NCBI GenBank assembly: GCA_024654025.1
Contig: JANLIR010000007.1
Coordinates: forward strand, 421 to 64,420
DNA: 64,000 bases
Source of the DNA: Candidatus Wolfebacteria bacterium
GTDB lineage: Bacteria; Patescibacteriota; Minisyncoccia; UBA6257; UBA9933
Direction of reading: 5' to 3'
Part shown: positions 49,026 through 60,367 of the stretch, piece by piece
Layout: the number at the start of each line of letters is the position of its first letter
Numbering within the stretch: the first letter of the stretch is position 1
The notes under the pieces: model-generated
What the model was told of the DNA's origin: nothing
Databases searched by the model: none
Seen by the model: the letters and a program-made list of their open reading frames with translations, nothing else
Program-made: the position numbers and the translations under genes

Positions 49026-49577
49026 ATGACCAATTCCATTGTTCTCGATATAGAGACAAAAAATACTTTTTTCGACGTTGGAAGAGATAATTTTGACGCT
49101 CTAGACGTTTCCTTAATCGGCGTTTATTCATACAACAAGAATGAATTTATCGCTTACGAAGAACATCAAATAGAGGATTTTATCGATTCCCTAAAAGGCG
49201 TTGGCTTAATAATCGGGTTTAGCATAAATCGGTTTGATATCCCTGTGTTGAAAAAACATTCCAAAGAAATGAATTTATTTTCAATTCCGAGGCTGGACCT
49301 GCTTGACGAAATAGAATTTAAAACCGGCAAACGCGTTAGTTTGAATAATCTTTCAAAAACAAATTTAGGCCTTGAGAAAACTCATCACGGCCTGGAAGCG
49401 CCCAATCTTTACCGGGACGGCAATATTGAAGAATTAAAAAATTATTGCTTGAATGACGTAAAAATAACAAAAGAACTTTACGAGCTCGCAAAGCGTCAGG
49501 GGTATCTTCTGGTGCCGAAAAAGGGGAGCGATGAATTAGAAAAAGTAGAACTTTTATTAAATAGATTACCGATTTAA
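49026..49577 (+). CDS. RNase H-like / DEDD-superfamily domain protein
   Basis: VLDIET, GF...FDIPVL, YCLNDV.IT. Confidence 0.8.
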   Translation: MTNSIVLDIETKNTFFDVGRDNFDALDVSLIGVYSYNKNEFIAYEEHQIEDFIDSLKGVGLIIGFSINRFDIPVLKKHSKEMNLFSIPRLDLLDEIEFKTGKRVSLNNLSKTNLGLEKTHHGLEAPNLYRDGNIEELKNYCLNDVKITKELYELAKRQGYLLVPKKGSDELEKVELLLNRLPI

Positions 49578-49653
49578 TTTTATAATTTGCGGAAGCGGGA
49601 GGCCACAGCATCATAACAAGTAATGGTGCTGGGTAAAATTCTCACTATTTTTG

Positions 49654-49742
49654 CGGTGGGGGTGAGATTTGAACTCACGATGCCCTTGCGAGCATACCAC
49701 ATTTCGAGTGTGGCGCCTTAAACCGGACTCAGCCACCCCACC
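49654..49742 (-). tRNA. tRNA-Ser(CGA)
   Basis: Minus-strand cloverleaf; ccaca-ctcgaaa-tgtgg; long variable arm; G73. Confidence 0.92.
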
Positions 49743-49756
49743 ACTATCTTTGTATG

Positions 49757-49828
49757 TGCCCTCGCGAGGAATCGGACCTCGATCCGCACGTTAGGAGTGT
49801 GCTATTCTATCCGTTGAACTACGAGGGC
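49757..49828 (-). tRNA. tRNA-Arg(CCU)
   Basis: Acceptor gccctcg/cgagggc; anticodon loop ctcctaa; atypical T-loop TCCGATT. Confidence 0.85.
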
Positions 49829-49944
49829 AATGAAAATAGATTATATTTTTTATCAAAAACTTGCAAGGCATTAAAAGTTTCGTTATTATAAAATCGCTCC
49901 AGCGTTAATAGTCACAAGTTAAAAGTTATTAGTTATTTAATAAT

Positions 49945-50018
49945 GGGCCGTTAGCTCATTTGGCTAGAGCGCTACTATGGCATAGTAGAGGCGACCGGTT
50001 CGAATCCGGTACGGTCCA
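49945..50018 (+). tRNA. tRNA-Ala(GGC)
   Basis: ctact-atggcat-agtag anticodon arm, G3:U70 pair, TTCGAAT. Confidence 0.92.
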
Positions 50019-50032
50019 CGAGTAAAGCTTAA

Positions 50033-50060
50033 TAAAATCTCCCGATACCGGGAGATTTTA
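50033..50060. terminator. Bidirectional terminator
   Basis: taaaatctcccg / cgggagatttta between convergent tRNA and CDS. Confidence 0.7.
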
Positions 50061-50444
50061 TTTTACAAACGTTTTGACTTTTGATACGAGATCATCGATT
50101 GAGGTTTTTGCCTTCACGAAATATTCTATTGCTCCAAGTTGTTTGCTTTTTTGAATATCCTCGGGCTGGCTTAAGTTGGAAATAATAATAACCGGAATGT
50201 CTATTTTATCGCTTAATTCCGGATCGGATTTTATGTCTTCCATAATTTCAAATCCGGACTTTTTAGGCAGAATAATATCCAAAAGGATAAGATTCGGCGT
50301 TGAAGATTTTAAAAATTTAATCGCTTCTTCGCCGTCTTTTGCCACCAGCACTTCAAAATTCTCCTTTTGGAGACGATTTTTTAAAAGCGAAGATAAAAAC
50401 GGTTCGTCTTCAATGAGTAATATTTTTTTCGGTTTTCCTGCCAT
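50058..50444 (-). CDS. Single-domain response regulator (receiver)
   Basis: KILLIEDE, ILLDIILPKKSG, PVIIISN, GAIEYFVK. Confidence 0.92.
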   Translation of the reverse strand: MAGKPKKILLIEDEPFLSSLLKNRLQKENFEVLVAKDGEEAIKFLKSSTPNLILLDIILPKKSGFEIMEDIKSDPELSDKIDIPVIIISNLSQPEDIQKSKQLGAIEYFVKAKTSIDDLVSKVKTFVK

Positions 50445-50471
50445 ATGTTAATTAATTTATCAGATAAATCA

Positions 50472-50502
50472 AAATCCCGCCAGTCCAGAGACTGGCGGGA
50501 TT
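50472..50502 (-). terminator. Terminator of the 16S transcript
   Basis: aatcccgccagtc / gactggcgggatt; T-run on the minus strand. Confidence 0.7.
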
Positions 50503-50612
50503 GTTGGAAATTTTTTGGTTGCCCCAATACTCTCGCTTTAGGCGAGAGAGTCGAGACATAAGGCTCCTCGACTAACACCTGTGTCCGCAAAGCGGACATC
50601 GATCAATTTTCG

Positions 50613-52150
<1,538 letters not shown>

Positions 52151-52242
52151 ATGCTAAAGCTCAAGCTTATATAGCGAAGAAAATCTAACAACCAGTACTG
52201 ATTATTAGAAATCCTTCGCCAGCTTGAAGTTCAGCATTTTTG

Positions 52243-52284
52243 TCCTTCGACAAACTCAGGACAATCCTGAGTAGCATCGAAGGA
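52243..52284. repeat. Palindromic REP-like element in the 16S leader
   Basis: tccttcgacaaactcagga-caa-tcctgagtagcatcgaagga. Confidence 0.65.
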
Positions 52285-52382
52285 TTGGGACAACCAAAAA
52301 AGTTCCAACTTTTTTTGGTTTTAATAAGCATCGATTGTTAAAGTCCTTTCCATGTTCAGCTCATTTTTTTCAGAGCCTACTT

Positions 52383-52410
52383 ATTTTACTTGACGGAAAG
52401 GGATTGTCAA
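52383..52410 (-). promoter_or_regulatory. Sigma70-type promoter of the 16S gene
   Basis: TTGACA (52410-52405), 16-nt spacer, TAAAAT (52388-52383); boxA-like CTTTAACAA downstream. Confidence 0.65.
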
Positions 52411-52546
52411 CCCCGCACCTTTAAAAGATATTAACGCCTCGCCGCTTTATTTAGTATCGATATTTATTTAAAATATGGGTTTTTACTAATGCCGATTTTT
52501 ACTAAAAGGCGTTTTTTAAAAAGCGCAATCTTTTAAAGGTGCGGGG
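52411..52546. mobile_element. MITE-like element, family A copy 3
   Basis: 19-bp perfect TIR ccccgcacctttaaaagat / atcttttaaaggtgcgggg; TCAA duplication. Confidence 0.8.
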
Positions 52547-52565
52547 TCAACCCTTTTCGATTAAA

Positions 52566-52574
52566 TGTGGATAA
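52566..52574. promoter_or_regulatory. Perfect DnaA box between the divergent 16S and pilin promoters
   Basis: TGTGGATAA; extended -10 TGCTATAAT at 52599-52607. Confidence 0.5.
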
Positions 52575-52726
52575 GTCTATTTGAGTTCTTGCGGCCTATG
52601 CTATAATAAAAACAATATCGAAACCGCAGTATTTTGTTTCGATTTTAAATAATTTGAAAAGGTCGAGATGAAAATCTACAAGTCGATTAATTTTTTACAG
52701 AAATAAAAAAGGAATAAAAATAATTC

Positions 52727-53302
52727 ATGAAAAAAGGATTTACATTGCTTGAGCTTTTAATTGTTATTGGTATTATCGCTATTTTAGCGTCAGTTGTCGC
52801 TTTGGTGTTAAACCCGGCTGAACTTTTGAGGCAAGCCAGAGACGGCCAGAGAATTTCCGATTTCGATACATTAAGGACCGCGATTAATTATCACTTGTCA
52901 ACCGGAACCAGTCCCGACACCAATCTTGGAGGCACTGGCTTGGCATACAGAAGAAGTCTTGCTGCCGCGAATTGTCCTTTTGCTTCTTCTTCCGCGTGTA
53001 CGGCAATTACAACCACTGCGTCAACTACCATTGATGGAACTGGGTGGGTTAACGTGAACTTTAATGATGTTGGAGGCGGCACGTCTCCTTTGACAATTCT
53101 TCCAATAGACCCGACTAACACTTTAACCTATTACTATACTTACGCTGGGGACGATTCACCTAACCTGTTTGAGCTTAATAGCAGATTGGAAAGCACCAAA
53201 TACAGGATTAAAATGACGCAAGACGGAGGAAATCAAAATGGCTGTTCTACTTATACCGAACCCACCTGTTACTACGAAGTCGGTACTTCAGTGACTCTCT
53301 AA
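52727..53302 (+). CDS. Type IV major pilin
   Basis: KKG|FTLLELLIVIGIIAILAS; LNPAE...ARD..RISD; LPIDP; DGG; YEVG. Confidence 0.9.
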   Translation: MKKGFTLLELLIVIGIIAILASVVALVLNPAELLRQARDGQRISDFDTLRTAINYHLSTGTSPDTNLGGTGLAYRRSLAAANCPFASSSACTAITTTASTTIDGTGWVNVNFNDVGGGTSPLTILPIDPTNTLTYYYTYAGDDSPNLFELNSRLESTKYRIKMTQDGGNQNGCSTYTEPTCYYEVGTSVTL

Positions 53303-53320
53303 TCGGAAGGATATTTAGTA

Positions 53321-53929
53321 ATGGTTTTTTATCTTTCGCTTACAATTTTGATTTTAGCTTTAGGAGCGCAGCTAACCCTGCGCTCCTTTGGTAATAGATC
53401 AACAAACAACAAATCTGTACGAATATACGAATGGATTTTCTATGGCGCAATCATTTTAATTTTCGCTAATTCTTTTTATTTGTCATATTCGCAGTATAAG
53501 ATTTGGAAATACGGACCTCTTTCGGAATTTACAAAATTTTTTCTGCCACCGCATCAAAGTATAAATTATTTTATTGGTTATTCTCTATTTAATTTTTTTG
53601 CAACCTATCTGGTCTCATTAGTATTTGCATTTCTTTTTTTAAAAGCCGTTAAATATTACAATAAGAAATTTGAAGAAAAGTTTTTTTATCCTGAGGAGTA
53701 TTATTTAGGCGCGCTGGCGATTTTTTTATCAGGCTTTCCGGGGATTTTTATTTATATTATTTTTCTTTTCCTCGCCTCTGCTCTCGGCTCGCTAATATTG
53801 AATAAATTTTCCACTCTAAAAGGCGAGCGAGTATCATTTTATTATTTGTGGATACCAGTTGCGATTTTTGTTATAATAATAAGTAGGTATCTCCAGCAAT
53901 TGCCAATATGGCAATTGCTCAAACTCTAA
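53321..53929 (+). CDS. Multi-pass membrane protein between pilin and pilB
   Basis: 5-6 hydrophobic segments; operon context. Confidence 0.65.
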   Translation: MVFYLSLTILILALGAQLTLRSFGNRSTNNKSVRIYEWIFYGAIILIFANSFYLSYSQYKIWKYGPLSEFTKFFLPPHQSINYFIGYSLFNFFATYLVSLVFAFLFLKAVKYYNKKFEEKFFYPEEYYLGALAIFLSGFPGIFIYIIFLFLASALGSLILNKFSTLKGERVSFYYLWIPVAIFVIIISRYLQQLPIWQLLKL

Positions 53930-53987
53930 TTTATAAACAATAAATATCTATAAATATCGCGAAGCAAGTATCAATGAATATATTTTA

Positions 53988-55700
53988 ATGTTAACAATTC
54001 CTTCTCAAAAACTGAAAGATTTTTTGGTAAAAGACGGTTTAATAACCTCGGATAATTTTGATGTAATAGAAAAAGAAGCCAGCCGGCTTAATCAAAACTT
54101 GTCCGAAGTTCTTGTTTCTAGAGGCGTTCTTACAACAGAATATCTTTATTCGCTCCTTAGCAATTATTTGGGCGTTGAACCGGTTAATTTAAGCGCTAAT
54201 CCTATAGACGAAAATGTTTTAATGAAAATTAGCGAAAAGCTCGCTCGTCAAAAAAAAGTCGTGCTTTTTAAAGAAGAGGCCGGGGGCGTTTATGACGCCG
54301 CTATGGAAGATCCTAGTGATTTGAAAACCATAGATTTTTTAGAAAATTCTTTAAACGTAAAAATAAAACCCTTTTTGGCAAGGCCGGCGGATCTGGAAAG
54401 GGGATTTGCCATTTATAACCGCCAGTCATCCGCGGACTTTCAAAAAATAATCGAGGAAAATATCAAAACCTCGCTTTCTATCAAAGAGGACAAAATTGAA
54501 AAGATTGCCCGGGAAATGCCCATTGTGGCGATTGTTGAAAATTTTATTGCTTACGCGTCCGCGACTCGAGCTTCGGATATTCACATTGAAGCGCTGGAGG
54601 ATATGGTTTTGGTTAGATTTCGGATAGACGGCGTTCTTCATGAAATCGCTAAAATTCCCAAAGATGTCCACCCGGCGATTTTGGCGAGAGTTAAACTTTT
54701 GGCGGCGCTTAAACTTGACGAACATTATAAACCGCAAGACGGCAGATTTCGTTATCAGTTATCGGAAGCGGTTTTAGATATGCGCGTTTCGATTATCCCG
54801 ACTTTCTACGGCGAAAAAATTGTTTTGCGTTTACTTCCGGCCGCGCAGAAACCGCTTGCTTTGGAAGAAGTTGGCATGCTTGAAGATACCGTAAAAGTTG
54901 TTAAAGAAAATATTGTTAAAACTTACGGAATGATTTTGGTTTGCGGTCCTACCGGTTCAGGGAAAACGACAACCATTTATTCGATTTTAAATATGCTAAA
55001 TAAGCCCGAAGTCAACATTGTTACAATTGAAGACCCGATAGAATACTCGGTTAAATATATTAACCAAACACAAGTAAATGTTTTAGCCGGAGTGACATTT
55101 GCCAATGGGTTAAGATCGATATTAAGACAGGATCCTAATATTATCGGTGTAGGCGAAATCCGCGATGAAGAAACAGCTGAAATCGCGGTTCACGCCGCTT
55201 TGACCGGACATTTAGTGCTTTCAAGTCTGCATACTAACGACGCGCCAACGACAATTCCGCGTTTAATTGATATGAAGATCCCGCCGTTTTTGGTCGCGGC
55301 GGTTTTAAATTTAATAATCGCCCAAAGATTGGTTCGGAAAATTTGCTCAAACTGTATGGAATCTTATTCTACCCCGCCCGATCTTTTAAAAAATCTTGAA
55401 AAATTAAAATCCGAATCCAATTTATCAGCCGAATATCAAATACCTAAAACGTTATTTAAGGGAAAGGGTTGTAATGTTTGCGCCAATACCGGCTATCGGG
55501 GAAGAATGGGTATTTATGAAGTTATGCAAATAGACAACGAAGTCAGGGCGGAGATGGCAAAAACCGATTTTTCTTTGACGAATTTAACTAATCTAGTTCG
55601 TAAAAAAGGTATGATAACAATGTTTGAGGACGGTTTGCGTAAAGCCGCGCTGGGATTGACTTCGGTCGAGGAGGTAATGAGGGTTATAAGAGAGGAATAA
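53988..55700 (+). CDS. pilB: Type IV pilus ATPase PilB/GspE (full length)
   Basis: N-terminal domain with AMEDP, ASDIHIE, GPTGSGKTTT, LRQDPN, tetracysteine. Confidence 0.93.
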   Translation: MLTIPSQKLKDFLVKDGLITSDNFDVIEKEASRLNQNLSEVLVSRGVLTTEYLYSLLSNYLGVEPVNLSANPIDENVLMKISEKLARQKKVVLFKEEAGGVYDAAMEDPSDLKTIDFLENSLNVKIKPFLARPADLERGFAIYNRQSSADFQKIIEENIKTSLSIKEDKIEKIAREMPIVAIVENFIAYASATRASDIHIEALEDMVLVRFRIDGVLHEIAKIPKDVHPAILARVKLLAALKLDEHYKPQDGRFRYQLSEAVLDMRVSIIPTFYGEKIVLRLLPAAQKPLALEEVGMLEDTVKVVKENIVKTYGMILVCGPTGSGKTTTIYSILNMLNKPEVNIVTIEDPIEYSVKYINQTQVNVLAGVTFANGLRSILRQDPNIIGVGEIRDEETAEIAVHAALTGHLVLSSLHTNDAPTTIPRLIDMKIPPFLVAAVLNLIIAQRLVRKICSNCMESYSTPPDLLKNLEKLKSESNLSAEYQIPKTLFKGKGCNVCANTGYRGRMGIYEVMQIDNEVRAEMAKTDFSLTNLTNLVRKKGMITMFEDGLRKAALGLTSVEEVMRVIREE

Positions 55701-55704
55701 ATAT

Positions 55705-56913
55705 ATGAAATTTTCTTATATAGCCGCGCAACAAAACGGAAAAGTTATTGAGGGAGAAATTGAAGCTGTTTCAACCGCCGAAGTTTTAGCGTCTTTGGCA
55801 GCCCAGGGCTTAAAGCCAATTTCGCTTAAGAAACAAAGCATCGCCACCGCCTCAAAAAAACGTTTATTCGGAGGTTCTATAAATGTCGCCGATAAAATAT
55901 TTATTACAAAATATTTATCGTTGATGTTGAAAATCGGAACCGATCTTTTTAAGGCTATTGATATTTTAATCAATGATTTTGACAAGCCAGCGGTTCGCGA
56001 CCTACTTTTTGAAATAAAAAGCAATCTTGAAAAAGGCCAGCCTTTTTATCTTGCTTTTGCCAAATATCCAAAACAATTTTCACAAGTTTTTATTAACTTG
56101 ATAAGAGCCGGGGAGATTTCGGGAAATTTAGATAAATCGCTTGAAGGATTAAGCGATAATCTTCAGCGTGAACAGGAACTGCGCTCTCAAATTCAGGCGG
56201 CTGTAATTTACCCGATAATACTTATAATCGTTGCCACGCTGGTTATTTTCTTTTTGGTTGGATTCGCGCTGCCGAGAATAGGAAAAATTTTTACCTCCGG
56301 CGATATTGATCCGCCTCTTTTTTCAAAAATTGTTTTTGCCGTTTCCGCTTTTGTTAATCAATATTTTGTTTTTTTCTTGGTATTTATTGTCGGCTCAATT
56401 GTGACGTTCTGGGTGCTTTTTAAGAAAAACCTATTTTTCAGAAGACTTATATACCGAGCTGGCAAAAGACTTCCTCTTATAGGAAAAGTTTTAAAAATCT
56501 TGGCGGTTCAGCGTTTTTGCGCTGTTTTCTCTTCCCTCCTCACGTCAGGGCTTCCTATTATAGAGGCCTTGGAAACCACGGCTAATGCAGTGGGCGATGA
56601 AGAAATGAAAGAAAGTATTTTAAGAGTTGCCAATGAGGGAATTGCCAAAGGCCTGACCGTGGGAGAAGCGTTTAGAAAAGAAGTTATATTCCCAAAAACC
56701 GTGGTAAATCTTATTGCCATATCGGAAAAAAGCGGCCACATTGAAAGTATTTTGCTTACTTTAGCTACTTTCTACGAATCAGAAGTAAAAACTTCGATAA
56801 AAACACTCGTGTCGTTTCTTGAACCCATTCTTTTGTTAGGCATCGGATTAATCGTCGGCGTTATCGCTTTATCGGTAATGGTGCCGGTGTATCAATTGGT
56901 GGGGAAGATATAA
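55705..56913 (+). CDS. pilC: Type IV pilus platform protein PilC
   Basis: MKFSYIA...G.IEA, AGEISGNL, EKSGH, FLEPILLL. Confidence 0.92.
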   Translation: MKFSYIAAQQNGKVIEGEIEAVSTAEVLASLAAQGLKPISLKKQSIATASKKRLFGGSINVADKIFITKYLSLMLKIGTDLFKAIDILINDFDKPAVRDLLFEIKSNLEKGQPFYLAFAKYPKQFSQVFINLIRAGEISGNLDKSLEGLSDNLQREQELRSQIQAAVIYPIILIIVATLVIFFLVGFALPRIGKIFTSGDIDPPLFSKIVFAVSAFVNQYFVFFLVFIVGSIVTFWVLFKKNLFFRRLIYRAGKRLPLIGKVLKILAVQRFCAVFSSLLTSGLPIIEALETTANAVGDEEMKESILRVANEGIAKGLTVGEAFRKEVIFPKTVVNLIAISEKSGHIESILLTLATFYESEVKTSIKTLVSFLEPILLLGIGLIVGVIALSVMVPVYQLVGKI

Positions 56914-57098
56914 TTATGCTAAGAAAAATATCGGAGGATCGACGCGCCCTTTTGGAGCTTCTTATATGGAACAAGAAATTTTAAAAGATTGGCAGAAAAA
57001 GGCCATAGAATTTATAGCTTCGGCCAAAGAAGTTGAATAATTTTTTGTAAATTTAAACCCGCTAAACTCGCCAACGCGCCAAATAAATAATAAATTTA

Positions 57099-58691
57099 AT
57101 GCCGCAAATTTATAAAAAATTAAAAGGATTCACTTTGGTTGAAATAATTATCGCTGTTTTTATACTGGCTTTTTTGACGATTCTTGTTGTGGTTCTTTTG
57201 GATCCAGCGGATTTTTTCCCGGGCGCAAGAGACACGCGTAGGATTTCAGATTTGCAGGCGATTGATTCGGCTTTAAGTATATATAAAACAGAGGTAGGCG
57301 CGTTTTTTAAATCGTCTTCTGTTGCGACTGATCCGTCAAACGCCGTTATTGGTTTAGTGCGTCAGGACTGTACGGGCTATTCAAATTGTTTTACTTCTTT
57401 ATTTGCTTGGCAGGCGGCGTTTGGCGGGATAAATTTTGGCGCTTGCGCTCAAGGCGATTTAGTTTGCGCTAATAAATCTGCGGTGGCGAAAATTGACGGA
57501 ACTTGGACAAATCCAGATACAAGCCGTTTAAATATTGACGGATGGACAACGAGTCCTTCTAACTATATAAGAATTTATACTGCGCAAGCGGCGCGGCATA
57601 ATGGAAAGTGGAACACTAATAAATACCGACTTGAGGTCAGCGGGCAAAATCCAATCGGAATTAACGAAGATTATGTGCGTATTGAAGGATTACAAATAAG
57701 AATGCCCTCTCCAGATTATCAAGCAATTACAAACGGGTATAGCGGCGCGGATATTAGAATAAATAATAATATAATTCGCGGCGCGGGCGGTGTTTCTAAT
57801 TCAACCTTCGGGCTTTATCTTGATGGCAATATTAATACCGAAATAAAAATATGGAATAACATAATTTATGATTTGGGCAGCGGTACTTCTCTGTGCGTTT
57901 TTTCCTTTGCTAACCAAACCACCTACGCGTATAATAATACTTGTGTTGGAGCCGGGTTTGGTTTTTACCGAAATACGACTGGTTCCGGTAAGATGTCCGC
58001 TATAAATAATATTGCCCAAAACACAACCGACGGATTTAACGGAGTTGATTCTTCTTCTGATTATAATATTTCCGATCTTTCAAATGATGCTCAGGGGACA
58101 CATTCCAAGAATTCCACCACGGTGTTGTTTGTTTCTACTTCAACCCCCGATTATCACTTGTCTTTAAATGACTTAAACGCTAAGGGAGCCGGGATGAAAG
58201 GATGTTCTTCCTCGTCAATTATGACCTTTCAAGACGATATTGATGGGCAACCAAGAGGCGGCAGCTGGGACATTGGGGCTGACCAAGCTGTCCCTGATTA
58301 CAAAACGGTTTTTACCTCTCTTCCTGATAATAATTCTGCTTGTTGCGCCAGCTATTCTTTGCCTTCTCTTCCTTCGGATTGGACGTACGGCTGCGTTGTT
58401 TCTACGGGTCTTCAACAGGTAAATAGCGGAGGATGGATCCCCTTGGATTTTACTAACATTGCGGCAAACGCCATGTCTTTTCTGTCTATTGACCCGGGTA
58501 ATTCTACTTCAAGCGGGCAATATTACACTTTTGTTTCTGACGGAAAAAAATGGGAATTAACTTCCATATTAGAATCCGATAAAAATAAGGGCGTGGATAA
58601 GATAGGCGGTAAAGACGGCGGACAGTATGCTAATATATTAGAAATAGGGTCTAATTTAACCTTAACGCCCTCAAATGTTAAAAATAGATAA
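57099..58691 (+). CDS. Pilin with an inserted parallel beta-helix domain
   Basis: KG|FTLVE N-terminus; Asn-rich beta-helix ending WDIGAD; C-terminus matches the body of pilin 52727. Confidence 0.8.
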   Translation: MPQIYKKLKGFTLVEIIIAVFILAFLTILVVVLLDPADFFPGARDTRRISDLQAIDSALSIYKTEVGAFFKSSSVATDPSNAVIGLVRQDCTGYSNCFTSLFAWQAAFGGINFGACAQGDLVCANKSAVAKIDGTWTNPDTSRLNIDGWTTSPSNYIRIYTAQAARHNGKWNTNKYRLEVSGQNPIGINEDYVRIEGLQIRMPSPDYQAITNGYSGADIRINNNIIRGAGGVSNSTFGLYLDGNINTEIKIWNNIIYDLGSGTSLCVFSFANQTTYAYNNTCVGAGFGFYRNTTGSGKMSAINNIAQNTTDGFNGVDSSSDYNISDLSNDAQGTHSKNSTTVLFVSTSTPDYHLSLNDLNAKGAGMKGCSSSSIMTFQDDIDGQPRGGSWDIGADQAVPDYKTVFTSLPDNNSACCASYSLPSLPSDWTYGCVVSTGLQQVNSGGWIPLDFTNIAANAMSFLSIDPGNSTSSGQYYTFVSDGKKWELTSILESDKNKGVDKIGGKDGGQYANILEIGSNLTLTPSNVKNR

Positions 58692-60351
58692 TATAAATAA
58701 TATTGGGAAAAGAGAGATAAAAGTATTTTTTTCGTTTTTATTAACTATATTTTTTGGCTTTGGTTTGTTTTTTTTCTCTCGCGCAGACGCGGCTTACGCG
58801 CCACCCGCAGGAATACCTGCCCCGATTTTTGGAATTAACGAAGTAGCGCCAAGCACAGCCATAAAATGTTCTAGTTGGCCATCTGCTTTTTCTCCAGAGT
58901 GTTATTACATTGATAATACAAGTCCGGCCGCAACAGATATTGGGAATACGAATGGATATCCGAATAGGCCTAGGGCGACGATACCGACGACCTATGCCGC
59001 CGGTTCTTACGCAGAGGTTCGCGGAGGACCGTACAATAGTATTACGATTACATTCAACGGCACGTCGGCTAATCCGATATTTTTCCGCGGTCCTTCCGCG
59101 TTGGATCGGACGACAATTCATGGGGTTGGGCTTACGGGAAGTTATGCAATCGTGGAGTATATTAATTCCGATTTGAATGGCGGCAATGTAGGGTTTTTAT
59201 ATCCGGCGTCCTATATTTCTTTCCGAAATAATACCGTACAGGGAACAGGAGTTCTACTTACTGGAAATCAATCCGCCTTATCGTTAAGCGGCGGCACGGC
59301 CGGACACAATAATAATTTAGTAGTCTACAACAACACCATATGGAATCATGGCCAATGGAATTATAACACCACCGCCGATGTTCACGGGATAAAACCTCGG
59401 AACGATGTCGATGAGGCGTGGATTTTAGAAAATACAATTTACCATGTGCAGGGCGATTCGATTCAGACGGGCGAGGCGACTCTCGTCGGACAAAGTTACC
59501 CGACTAAGATATACATCGGAAAGAATATTATGTATGAGAATAAGGAAAATTGTATTGATATAAAAGGCGGAACGGACATTATCGTATCGGAAAATATCTG
59601 CCACGATATGTTAAACGCTTATGGGGACGACCAGATGGAAGGAATTGTTACTCATAATAGCGCGAACTGGACATGGTATATCAATAATACAATATGGAAC
59701 TCCGGGTTTGGAATTTATACCTCTGGTAGTGCAAATCAGTACGCGGTTGGAAACGTAATTTACAGCATCCAGGGGAGTTCCAATCCGTCTTCGTTCTATG
59801 ACTACGGTACGGGAATTATTTTTATCGGCGCCAACCCCGGGGCAATCGTCAATAATACGATAGACAACACTCAACATGGATATTCCGAGGCAGGAGGCGG
59901 CGTGGTGAATATGGCAAACAACATCATTTCAAATCGCAGCCTCGCGGCGGGCTACGACCAGATGATAGAGAACACGACCGGCAACACTTTAGACTACACG
60001 CTGACTAGCGGCAACACCAAGACTCGCTGGGGCGGGGGAACTTATGCCACGGCGGCGGCCTTTAATTCCGCTACCGGGCAGGGCGCGCATCATTGGGAGA
60101 CTAATCCGCTATTTATGAATACCGCAGGCAACGACTACCGGCTGACAGCGTCTTCTCCGGCAATAAACAACGGAGTTCTCGCGCAAGTATACGCTACGTT
60201 TCAGAACCGTTATGGTATTTCAATCGCGAGAGATATTAACGGAAATATTCGCCCGTCGGGAACAGCTTGGGACATCGGCGCGTATGAATATGTTTCAGGC
60301 GCTCCCGACACCACTCCTCCCGCCGCGCCAACAGGACTGTCAGTAAATTAA
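58675..60351 (+). CDS. Secreted right-handed beta-helix protein with DYRL...SPAI...WDIGAYE tail
   Basis: Signal peptide, PAGIPAP, GDSIQ, Asn-rich repeats, DTTPPAAPTGL. Confidence 0.8.
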   Translation: MLKIDNINNIGKREIKVFFSFLLTIFFGFGLFFFSRADAAYAPPAGIPAPIFGINEVAPSTAIKCSSWPSAFSPECYYIDNTSPAATDIGNTNGYPNRPRATIPTTYAAGSYAEVRGGPYNSITITFNGTSANPIFFRGPSALDRTTIHGVGLTGSYAIVEYINSDLNGGNVGFLYPASYISFRNNTVQGTGVLLTGNQSALSLSGGTAGHNNNLVVYNNTIWNHGQWNYNTTADVHGIKPRNDVDEAWILENTIYHVQGDSIQTGEATLVGQSYPTKIYIGKNIMYENKENCIDIKGGTDIIVSENICHDMLNAYGDDQMEGIVTHNSANWTWYINNTIWNSGFGIYTSGSANQYAVGNVIYSIQGSSNPSSFYDYGTGIIFIGANPGAIVNNTIDNTQHGYSEAGGGVVNMANNIISNRSLAAGYDQMIENTTGNTLDYTLTSGNTKTRWGGGTYATAAAFNSATGQGAHHWETNPLFMNTAGNDYRLTASSPAINNGVLAQVYATFQNRYGISIARDINGNIRPSGTAWDIGAYEYVSGAPDTTPPAAPTGLSVN

Positions 60352-60367
60352 AAATGTAAAAATCAAA

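Noticed and set aside
49602-49634. ggtgctgggt near tRNA-Ser(CGA), resembling the GIY-YIG repeat end
   Set aside because: Only a 10-bp match with an imperfect partner; it could be an ordinary terminator hairpin.
56916-57040. Short overlapping ORFs between pilC and the large pilin (MEQEILKDWQKKAIEFIASAKEVE)
   Set aside because: Too short to assign; possibly a gene remnant, but unsupported.
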